DNA of 25,325 nucleotides from Candidatus Methylomirabilia bacterium (lineage in GTDB: Bacteria > Methylomirabilota > Methylomirabilia > Rokubacteriales > CSP1-6), in NCBI GenBank assembly GCA_041492755.1, contig JBGPXN010000063.1:1-25325 (forward strand), given 5' to 3'. The position numbers and the translations under genes are program-made. Below are positions 16,231 through 23,327 of this stretch, piece by piece; the first letter of the stretch is position 1, and every line of letters starts with the position of its first letter. The notes under the pieces are model-generated. The model had not been told where the DNA came from, ran no database searches, and worked only from the letters and a program-made list of their open reading frames with translations.

Positions 16231-17823
16231 CTACTGCTTGGTGAGGGTGCGGAAGTCGAGCTGGCGGTGGAACCAGTACTGATAGCCGCCGACGTTCTTC
16301 TGCATGGCCACGTCGGCGTTCGGCTGCATCAGCGGCACCTTGGGGACATCGGCGATGGCGATGCGGGTGAAGCCGCGCACCAGGTCGGCGTATTTCTTGG
16401 GATCGGATTCCTGGTGAGCTGCCTCGATCAGCTTGTCGATCTCGGGGTTCTGGTACGACGAGGTGTTGAACAGCGAGTTCTGGCCGTGGTAGGTCCAGAG
16501 GAAGAAGTACTCCGGATAGTTCAGCCAGCCGCCGAACTGGTTGATGAAGATCGGCAGGTCTTTCTTGAGCAGGGCGGCCCGCCAGTTCGCGGGCGTGATC
16601 TTGTTGATCGTCGTCTTGATCCCGATCCCGGCCAGCGCCTCCTGCAAGATGACGGCGGCCGGCTCGTAGACGGTGGTGTTGCCGATGTCGAACGACAGCG
16701 TCGTCTCGAACCCGTTGGGGAATCCGGCCTCCGTGAGGAGCGCCCGGGCGCGCGCGCGGTCGTGCTTGTAGGGCCAGAGGGCGGGGTCGTGCCCCGGCGT
16801 GTTGCTGGCGACGGGGGTGTTCAGCACGACGCCGCGCCCGAACATCGACGCCTCGAAGATCTTCTCGCGCGGCACGACGTGGGCCACCGCCTGCCGCACC
16901 TTGACGTTGTTGAACGGCGGATTCTTGGCGTTCATGCCGACGTAGATCACCGCGTTCTCGACCGGCGTGCCGATCACGGTGAGCTTGCCGCTCTTGGCCA
17001 TGTCCGCCACGTCGCGGGGCGGGAAGTCGACGGACACGTCGGCGTCGCCGCGCTCGAGCAGCGCGCGGCGGTTGCCCGCGGACGGCACTTCGCGCACGAT
17101 CACGCGCTTGATCTTCGGCAGCGGCCCCGATTTCCAATCGTCGAAGCGGACGTAAATCGTCTCCTGACCGGGCTTCCACGACTCCAGCCGGTACGCGCCG
17201 CCCCCGGCGTCGTTGTTCTTGAGCCACTCCATCGCCCACGGGTCCTTGTCCGTCGCGTTCTTCCTGGCCAGGGTGGAGTTGATGACGACGGGCACCGGCA
17301 CCGCGAGATCCGGCAGCGTCCACTTGTCCTTGCGCAGGAAGGTGACGCGGAAGGTGAAGTCGTCGACGACCACGAACTGGTCGGGCTTCTCCAGCGAGCC
17401 GGCTTTCATCTGGAAGGTCGGGAAGCCACCGACCGTCACCGCGCGGTCGAACGACCACTTCACGTCCCTGGCCGTCACCGGCGAGCCGTCGTGGAACTTC
17501 GCATCCTTCCGCAGCTTGAACGTGACCGACATGCCGTCGGGCGCCATCGTCCACGACTCGGCCAGCTCCGGCTTGAGGACGTTGTGGTCGTATGACCGCG
17601 AGCCGTCGGCCAGCGTCTTCGTTCCGTGGGAGAGCAGCCGGTCGTACAGGGTCCAGGACGCGCCGTAGGCGCGGAAGTTCGCGCCCACGCCGTGGATGTC
17701 CATGCTGTTCGGCCCGAACTCCGTCAGCACCACCAGTGTCTCGGCTCGGCCCTGCGCCGCCGCCGGCGCCGCCAGCGCCGATGCGGCCAGGATCAGCGTG
17801 AGCACCCGTGCGACAGTCGTCAT
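16231..17823 (-). CDS. ABC substrate-binding protein, family 5 (Dpp/Opp-like), copy 1
   Basis: Signal peptide MTTVARVLTLILAASALAAPAAAQ; PELAESW, FKLRKDAKFHDGSPVTARDVKWSFDR, PFNN.KVRQAVA; GGAGGA RBS. Confidence 0.95.
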   Translation of the reverse strand: MTTVARVLTLILAASALAAPAAAQGRAETLVVLTEFGPNSMDIHGVGANFRAYGASWTLYDRLLSHGTKTLADGSRSYDHNVLKPELAESWTMAPDGMSVTFKLRKDAKFHDGSPVTARDVKWSFDRAVTVGGFPTFQMKAGSLEKPDQFVVVDDFTFRVTFLRKDKWTLPDLAVPVPVVINSTLARKNATDKDPWAMEWLKNNDAGGGAYRLESWKPGQETIYVRFDDWKSGPLPKIKRVIVREVPSAGNRRALLERGDADVSVDFPPRDVADMAKSGKLTVIGTPVENAVIYVGMNAKNPPFNNVKVRQAVAHVVPREKIFEASMFGRGVVLNTPVASNTPGHDPALWPYKHDRARARALLTEAGFPNGFETTLSFDIGNTTVYEPAAVILQEALAGIGIKTTINKITPANWRAALLKKDLPIFINQFGGWLNYPEYFFLWTYHGQNSLFNTSSYQNPEIDKLIEAAHQESDPKKYADLVRGFTRIAIADVPKVPLMQPNADVAMQKNVGGYQYWFHRQLDFRTLTKQ

Positions 17824-17967
17824 CGAAGGTCCTCCTTGGCAAATGGCCTGCCGCCTGCACGCGTTCGTGAAATCGAGGACTTGGGGGTTCGCCAGGTCGC
17901 CGGCGCGCCCGCGCCGCGGGCACCGCCGCGCGGCTCTGCCCATCGATGAGGCAGCAAGCTATCACAT

Positions 17968-17985
17968 CCTGTGGTCCACTACAGG
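17968..17985. promoter_or_regulatory. Putative transcription-factor palindrome (GntR-like GT-N-AC pattern)
   Basis: CCTGTGGT-CC-ACTACAGG has 7 of 8 arm positions symmetric and lies between the divergent operons, just upstream of the -35. Confidence 0.5.
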
Positions 17986-17995
17986 CCGCGCGGCC

Positions 17996-18024
17996 TTGAC
18001 ACCGCCGGACGGCGAGCCTTTAAT
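17996..18024 (+). promoter_or_regulatory. Sigma70-type promoter for the DUF1116-fdrA-carbamate kinase operon
   Basis: TTGACA (17996-18001), a 17-bp spacer, then TTTAAT (18019-18024), about 50 bp before ATG 18074. Confidence 0.75.
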
Positions 18025-18059
18025 CGCCACCTGTTTTCTTTGATCGCCACCTGTTCTCT
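18023..18059 (+). repeat. Tandem direct repeat overlapping the -10/TSS (putative operator)
   Basis: ATCGCCACCTGTTTTCT (18023-18039) and ATCGCCACCTGTTCTCT (18043-18059), 20-bp period. Confidence 0.8.
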
Positions 18060-18073
18060 GGAGTGATCGACCC

Positions 18074-19324
18074 ATGACCGTGAGCATCGCCGCCGCGAAC
18101 CGCGAGGCCGTCGATCGCCTGTGCCGTGCCCGGCCGACGTGGATCGCGATGAGCACGGCTCGCGAGGCGCTCGGCCTGAACGGCCGGACGCTGTTGCACG
18201 CCGGCCCCCCGATCGCCTGGGACCGCATGTGCGATCCGATGCGCGGCGCCGTGCTGTGCGCGGCCCAGTACGAAGGCTGGGCGGCTGACCCGGTCGAGGC
18301 GGAGCGACTCGCGGAGTCCGGGGACATCGCCTTCGCGCCGTGTCACTCGCGCGGTGCCGTCGGCCCGATGGCGGGCATCATCTCCCCGCGCATGCCCGTT
18401 ATCGTGGTCGAGGACCCGGTGAACGGCACGCGCGCGTGGTCGACGATGGGGACGGGGCCGGGGCCGCAGATCCGCTTCGGCGCGCACGGGCCGGAGATCC
18501 TGGCGCGGCTGGCGTGGAACCACGAGGTGCTGGCGCCCGCGCTGCAGACCGTGCTCGATCGTGAGGGTCCGCTCGACCTCACCGCGCTGATGGCGCAGGC
18601 GCTCACGATGGGCGACGAGATGCACATGCGCAATGCCGCCTCCACGTCGCTGCTCGCGCGCTGGCTCGCGGGGCCGCTGGTGAGCGCGGTGAAGGATCCG
18701 ACCCAGCTCGAGCGCGTCCTGCGCTTCCTCACCCGCGACAACGACCAGCACTTCCTGACGTGGGCCATGGGCGCGGCCAAGACGGCGGCCCGCGCGATCG
18801 AGGGGCTCGAGGGCTCCACGATGGTGTCGGCGATGGCGCGCAACGGCGTGGAGTTCGGCATCCGCGTGGCCGGCCTCGGCGATCGCTGGTTCACCGGCCC
18901 CGCCAGCGTCGTCGCCGGCGCCTACTTCCCCGGGTTCAGCGCGGCCGACGCCAACCGCGACATCGGCGACTCCGCGATCATGGAGACGTACGGCCTCGGG
19001 GGCATGGCGATGGTGGCCTCGCCGGCCGTCATCCGGATCGTCGGGGCGAAATCCTTCCAGGCCGCGCTCGCCACCACGCGGAGCATGCAGGAGATCACCG
19101 CGGGGGCAAACCCGGCGTTCTCGATCGCCGCCGTCGACGGCGACGGGGCACCGACCGGGATCGACGTTCGCCGGGTGGTGGAGAGCGGCATCGTGCCGTC
19201 GATCAACACGGCCATCGCCCACCGCGATCGCCGGGTCGCGCGCATCATCGGCGCCGGCATCGCCACCCCGCCGCTCGAGCCGTTCACCGAGGCGCTGCTG
19301 GCTTTCGATGGAGCGTACCGATGA
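18074..19324 (+). CDS. DUF1116 protein (YlbE/YahG; oxamate carbamoyltransferase subunit AllG-like)
   Basis: AANREAV, LLHAGPPI.W..M..PMRGA, PCH..GAVGPMAGIIS, ALTMGDEMHMRN.A, MARNG.EFGIR, DIGDSAI.E..GLGG, P.INT.IAH, IGAG. Confidence 0.92.
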   Translation: MTVSIAAANREAVDRLCRARPTWIAMSTAREALGLNGRTLLHAGPPIAWDRMCDPMRGAVLCAAQYEGWAADPVEAERLAESGDIAFAPCHSRGAVGPMAGIISPRMPVIVVEDPVNGTRAWSTMGTGPGPQIRFGAHGPEILARLAWNHEVLAPALQTVLDREGPLDLTALMAQALTMGDEMHMRNAASTSLLARWLAGPLVSAVKDPTQLERVLRFLTRDNDQHFLTWAMGAAKTAARAIEGLEGSTMVSAMARNGVEFGIRVAGLGDRWFTGPASVVAGAYFPGFSAADANRDIGDSAIMETYGLGGMAMVASPAVIRIVGAKSFQAALATTRSMQEITAGANPAFSIAAVDGDGAPTGIDVRRVVESGIVPSINTAIAHRDRRVARIIGAGIATPPLEPFTEALLAFDGAYR

Positions 19325-20862
19325 CGACGGGCGCCGTCCGCGCCGTGGTGTGGCGCTCCTACTACCAGGATTCGATGGCGCTCATGCGCCTGGCCGCGAC
19401 GCTGCGCGAGCGGCCGGGTGTGCGTGAAGCCGCCGCGCTCATGGGCACGCCGGCCAACCATGACGTGCTCCGCGGCGCCGGTCTCGCCGTGCCCGAGGCC
19501 GCGGACGCGGGCCCGAGCGATCTCGTGCTGGTGGTGTCCGCCGCCACCGACGCGGACGCGGAGGCGGCGCTGGGCGCGGCGCGCGAGTTCTTCGAGCGGC
19601 GGCAGCGGGTGGTCGAAGAAAGCGGCCGGCGGCGGCCGCGCACGCTGAGCTCCGCCCGTCGTGATCTTCCGGACGCCAATCTCGTCGCGATCTCGGTGCC
19701 CGGCGAATACGCCGCCGCCGAGGCGATGCGCGCGCTCAAGGCCGGGCTGCACGTCTTCCTCTTCAGCGACAACGTCGCGCTCGAGGACGAGATCGCCCTC
19801 AAGCGCCTGGCCGTCGAGCGCCAGCTCTTCTGCATGGGGCCCGACTGCGGGACGGCTTACGTCAACGGCGTCGGCCTCGGCTTCGCCAACGTGGTGACGC
19901 GTGGCCGCGTCGGCTGCGTGGCGGCCTCCGGGACGGGGCTGCAGGCCGTCGTGTCGCGACTCGATGCCCTCGGCGAAGGGATCTCTCACGCCATTGGCGT
20001 GGGCGGCCGCGACCTCGGGGCCGCCGTCGATGGCGCGATGACGAAGCTGGCCCTGCACGCGCTGGCCGCCGACACCGGCACCGAGCTGATCGTCGTCATC
20101 TCCAAGCCGCCCGCCCCGAGCGTCCTGTCCCCGCTCGAGCAGGCGATTCGCGCGACCGGCAAGCCGGTGGTCGTGTGCTGTCTCGGCGCCGCCCCGCGCG
20201 CCGACGGCAACGCCCGGTGGGTGGCGACGCTGGACGACGCCGCGGGCTGCGCGGTGGCGACGCTGCGTGGTCAGGCATGGACGCCGCGCTCGTTTGGTGA
20301 TCCGGCAACCGTCCGCACGCGGCTCGAGAGCATTCGCGGTGGAAGCGGGGCGCTGCTCGGTCTCTACACCGGCGGCACCCTCGCCCACGAGGCGCGGGTG
20401 GTGCTCGAGCCGCTGATCGGCGCCGTCGCGTACGGAGCGCACGGTGGCGGCCCACACCGGGTGCTCGATCTCGGCGAGGACGAGTTCACGGTGGGGCGGC
20501 CGCATCCGATGATCGATCCCGAGGCGCGCGCGGCGCGCGTGCGGGACTCGGTGGAACGCGCGGACGTTGGCGTGCTCTTGCTCGACCTGGTGCTCGGCAA
20601 GGCGGCGCACGCCGACCCGGCCACCCCACTCGTCACGGCGCTCTTCGATGCGCGGCGCGCGGCCGAGCGCGCCGGGCGGTCGCTGACGGTGGTCGCGTCG
20701 GTCACGGGCACCGCGCGGGATCCGCAGGGACTTCAGCGCCAGACCGAGGCGCTGGAAGGGGCGGGCACGATCGTGCTGCCGTCGAACGCCGAGGCCGCGC
20801 GCTTCGCGGCGCTCACGCTCCGTCGCGATCTCGCGACGACGCTGCTGGGAGGATCGTCATGA
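19321..20862 (+). CDS. fdrA: FdrA-like protein (acyl-CoA synthetase fold, AllF-like)
   Basis: YYQDSM.LM, MGTPAN, ISVPGEYAA.EA..AL, LFSDNV, MGPDCGT, AASGTGLQ, GVGGRDL, GLYTGGTL..EA, DLG.DEFT.GRPHPMIDP; ATGA overlap with DUF1116. Confidence 0.92.
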   Translation: MTTGAVRAVVWRSYYQDSMALMRLAATLRERPGVREAAALMGTPANHDVLRGAGLAVPEAADAGPSDLVLVVSAATDADAEAALGAAREFFERRQRVVEESGRRRPRTLSSARRDLPDANLVAISVPGEYAAAEAMRALKAGLHVFLFSDNVALEDEIALKRLAVERQLFCMGPDCGTAYVNGVGLGFANVVTRGRVGCVAASGTGLQAVVSRLDALGEGISHAIGVGGRDLGAAVDGAMTKLALHALAADTGTELIVVISKPPAPSVLSPLEQAIRATGKPVVVCCLGAAPRADGNARWVATLDDAAGCAVATLRGQAWTPRSFGDPATVRTRLESIRGGSGALLGLYTGGTLAHEARVVLEPLIGAVAYGAHGGGPHRVLDLGEDEFTVGRPHPMIDPEARAARVRDSVERADVGVLLLDLVLGKAAHADPATPLVTALFDARRAAERAGRSLTVVASVTGTARDPQGLQRQTEALEGAGTIVLPSNAEAARFAALTLRRDLATTLLGGSS

Positions 20863-21056
20863 GCATCGAGCGCCTGCTGGGCCGACCGCTGGCCGTGATC
20901 AACGTCGGGCTCGAGGTGTTCGCTCAGGAGCTCGAGGCCGACGGCGTTCCCGTGGTGCACCTGGACTGGCGGCCGCCGGTGGGTGGTCCGCGGATCGCCG
21001 CGATCCTGGCCCGCCTCGCCGATGACGAGGGTGCCGGCGGGATGGGTGGGTCATGA
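20859..21056 (+). CDS. Small FdrA C-terminal domain protein
   Basis: LLGRPLAVINVGLEVFAQELEADGVPVVHLDWRPPVGG...ILARL corresponds to the C-terminal segment of E. coli FdrA. It has a GGAGGA RBS and ATGA overlaps on both sides. Confidence 0.85.
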   Translation: MSIERLLGRPLAVINVGLEVFAQELEADGVPVVHLDWRPPVGGPRIAAILARLADDEGAGGMGGS

Positions 21057-21994
21057 GCCTGATCGTCGCGGCCGTCGGCGGCAACGCGCTCGTCGCCCGC
21101 GAAGGCGTCGGCGCCCCGACGGAATGGTTCGACGCTCTCGCCAAGGTGCTGCCGCCGCTCGTCGATCTGCTCGTGGCCGGCCACCGTGTGGTCCTGACCC
21201 ACGGCAACGGGCCGCAGGTGGGCGAGGAGATGCTCCGCATGGAGATCTCCAAGGTCGTGATGCCGGCGCTCAGCCTCGATCTGTGCGTGGCCGAAACGGA
21301 GGGCAGTCTCGGCTACGCGATCCAGCAAGTGCTCGGCAATCTGCTCCGCGAGCGCGGCGTGAATCGGCCGGTCGGCGCGATCGTCACCCAGGTCGTGGTC
21401 GATCCCGGCGATCCCGCCTTCACGCAACCCACGAAACCGATCGGCTCGTTCTACACCAGGGCGCAGGCGCAGCGACTCGCGCGCGACCACGGCTGGAGCG
21501 TGGTGGAGGACGCGGGCCGCGGCTGGCGCCGCGTGGTGCCCTCGCCGCGTCCGGTGCGCGTCATCGAGGCGCCGCTCATCCGTGCGCTCGTCGACGCCGA
21601 CATCGTGCCGATCGCCGTCGGCGGTGGCGGCATCCCGGTCGTGGAAACGCCGGCGGGCATCCGCGGCATCGAGGCCGTGATCGAGAAGGATCTCGCCACC
21701 GCTGTGCTCGCGCGTGATCTCGGCGCCGACCGCGCCTTCTTCCTCACCGGCATCGACCGCGTCGCCATCGGCTTCGGCACCCCGCGGGAGCGCTTCGTCG
21801 ACCGGCTCCCGCTGGCCGAAGCGCGCCGGTTGCTCGCGGCCGGCGAGTTCCCGCCGGGCAGCATGGGACCGAAGGTCGAAGCCGCCGTGCAGTTCGTCGA
21901 GCAGGGCGGCGTCGAGGCGGTCATCACCTCGCTCGACCGCATGGCCGACGCCATCGCCGGTCGCGCCGGCACCCACATCGTCCGCGCCGCGTAG
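21053..21994 (+). CDS. arcC: Carbamate kinase
   Basis: AVGGNAL, THGNGPQVG, DPAF..PTKPIG, GRGWRRVVPSP.P, GGGGIPV, EAVIEKD, FPPGSMGPKVEAA. Confidence 0.95.
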   Translation: MSLIVAAVGGNALVAREGVGAPTEWFDALAKVLPPLVDLLVAGHRVVLTHGNGPQVGEEMLRMEISKVVMPALSLDLCVAETEGSLGYAIQQVLGNLLRERGVNRPVGAIVTQVVVDPGDPAFTQPTKPIGSFYTRAQAQRLARDHGWSVVEDAGRGWRRVVPSPRPVRVIEAPLIRALVDADIVPIAVGGGGIPVVETPAGIRGIEAVIEKDLATAVLARDLGADRAFFLTGIDRVAIGFGTPRERFVDRLPLAEARRLLAAGEFPPGSMGPKVEAAVQFVEQGGVEAVITSLDRMADAIAGRAGTHIVRAA

Positions 21995-22033
21995 GCATTG
22001 ATCGACCGCGTCGCGCCAGGTACCTTCTCTGCC

Positions 22034-22618
22034 GTGAGCGAGGCGTCACCGCAGTTCCGGACCCGACGGTTCAGCCGGAAGGAGTACGACCGGCTCACCG
22101 AGATCGGTGTCTGGGCGCCCGGCGAGCGGCTGGAGCTGCTGAGCGGGCTTCTCGTCGTCCGCGAACCGCAGGGTAGCCGTCACGCCACAGCGGTCCAACT
22201 CGCGGTTCGGGCGCTACATCGCGCGTTCGGCCGCGGGTGGGACGTTCGCTGCCAGCTTCCGATCGCACTCGACGACGACTCGGAGCCGGAACCGGACGTC
22301 TCTGTCGTCGCAGGCGAGCCCCGCGACTACGTCGCTGACCATCCCGCTCGGCCCGCGCTCGTCGTCGAGGTCGCCGACACGAGCTTCGCGCTGGATCGTC
22401 AGTACAAGGCGAGCCTTTATGCACGCGCCGGCATCACCGACTACTGGATCGTCAACCTCACCGAGGACGTGCTGGAGGTGTACCGGGATCCGGTGGCCGA
22501 CATCGGCGCGCCAGCGGGATGGAGGTACCACACCGTCTTGCTCCTCCACCCACCCGCCACGGTCACGCCGCTGGCCGCGCCAGCTGCGACCGTCCCCATC
22601 GCCGACCTGCTCCCCTGA
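22034..22618 (+). CDS. Uma2 (DUF820) family endonuclease
   Basis: RRFSRKEYDRL.E.G....ERLELL.G, H, SEPEPDVSVV, LVVEVADTS...DR..K..LYARAGI.DYWIVNL, VADLLP-like end. The start is GTG 22034 (or TTG 21998). Confidence 0.92.
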   Translation: MSEASPQFRTRRFSRKEYDRLTEIGVWAPGERLELLSGLLVVREPQGSRHATAVQLAVRALHRAFGRGWDVRCQLPIALDDDSEPEPDVSVVAGEPRDYVADHPARPALVVEVADTSFALDRQYKASLYARAGITDYWIVNLTEDVLEVYRDPVADIGAPAGWRYHTVLLLHPPATVTPLAAPAATVPIADLLP

Positions 22619-22680
22619 GAGCAGGGAGTACTCCTGGTTCCAGCCCCTTACAGTAAGGTTCCTCTGGCGACATATCCCCG

Positions 22681-22698
22681 GTATGAATCGAGTTATAC
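22681..22698. promoter_or_regulatory. Putative RHH antitoxin operator
   Basis: GTATGA-N6-TTATAC imperfect inverted repeat in an AT-rich stretch about 30 bp upstream of the RHH gene. Confidence 0.45.
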
Positions 22699-22729
22699 TA
22701 TCTGCATACTCGATAGAGGAGGCGGGGCG

Positions 22730-22987
22730 ATGGCGCGAGCGGCCACCAAAGTCGCCGTCAGCATTCCCGATGATCTGTACCGAGCAGTCGAGCGGGTCCG
22801 CCGGACGACGGGCAAGAGCCGAAGCACGGTGGTCCAGGATGCGCTTCGTCACTGGCTCGAGCACCAGGCGCAGGTCGGGATGGTCCTGGAGTACCAGGCC
22901 GGGTACCGGCGCCGGCCCGAGAGCCGCCGAGAGGTGAAGGCCGCGCAGGCCGCCGCCGTTCGCTTGCTCGCCACCGAAGACTGGTAG
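22730..22987 (+). CDS. Ribbon-helix-helix (CopG-like) antitoxin
   Basis: KVAVSIPDDLYRAVE...GKSRSTVVQDALR...Y..GY...PE; GAGGAGG RBS; abuts mazF. Confidence 0.9.
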   Translation: MARAATKVAVSIPDDLYRAVERVRRTTGKSRSTVVQDALRHWLEHQAQVGMVLEYQAGYRRRPESRREVKAAQAAAVRLLATEDW

Positions 22988-23302
22988 ATGCGGCGCGGCG
23001 AGATCTGGTGGGCGGAGCTGCCAGCGCCTGCGGGTCGGCGCCCCGTCCTCCTGCTCTCGCGAAACGAGGCCTATGACGTCCGTGAGCTCATCACGATTGC
23101 TCCGATCACGACGCGGGTTCGCGGGATTCCGACCGAGGTCCCATTGAGCGCCGCGGACGGCGTGGCGAAGGCCTGCGTCGTCAACCTGGACACCATCACG
23201 ACGATTCCCAAGGCGTCGCTCGGTCGGCTGATTGCCCCGCTCGCTCCCGCAAAGCTGGCAGCCGTCGAACAGGCGCTCCGCTTCGCGCTCGGCCTCCGCT
23301 GA
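22988..23302 (+). CDS. mazF: PemK/MazF family toxin (mRNA interferase)
   Basis: MRRGEIWWAEL....GRRPVLLLSR...APITT..RGIPTEV.L...CVVNLD.I.TI...ALRFALG. Confidence 0.93.
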   Translation: MRRGEIWWAELPAPAGRRPVLLLSRNEAYDVRELITIAPITTRVRGIPTEVPLSAADGVAKACVVNLDTITTIPKASLGRLIAPLAPAKLAAVEQALRFALGLR

Positions 23303-23310
23303 GCCGCGAA

Positions 23311-23327
23311 GCCTCGAAACCCGAGGC
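23311..23327. terminator. Short hairpin between convergent mazF and SBP genes
   Basis: GCCTCG-AAACC-CGAGGC; no U-tract. Confidence 0.35.

Noticed and set aside
18023..18059. Direct repeats as a possible CRISPR or mini-array (also 12271-12305)
   Set aside because: Only two copies with 3-5 bp gaps, no spacers and no cas genes.
18760..19320. N-terminal extension of the 700-aa FdrA ORF, and similar extensions of the amidase, ATPase, permease, SBP and PIN ORFs in the track
   Set aside because: They overlap upstream genes and are low-complexity; the true starts are marked by RBS or ATGA/GTGA coupling.
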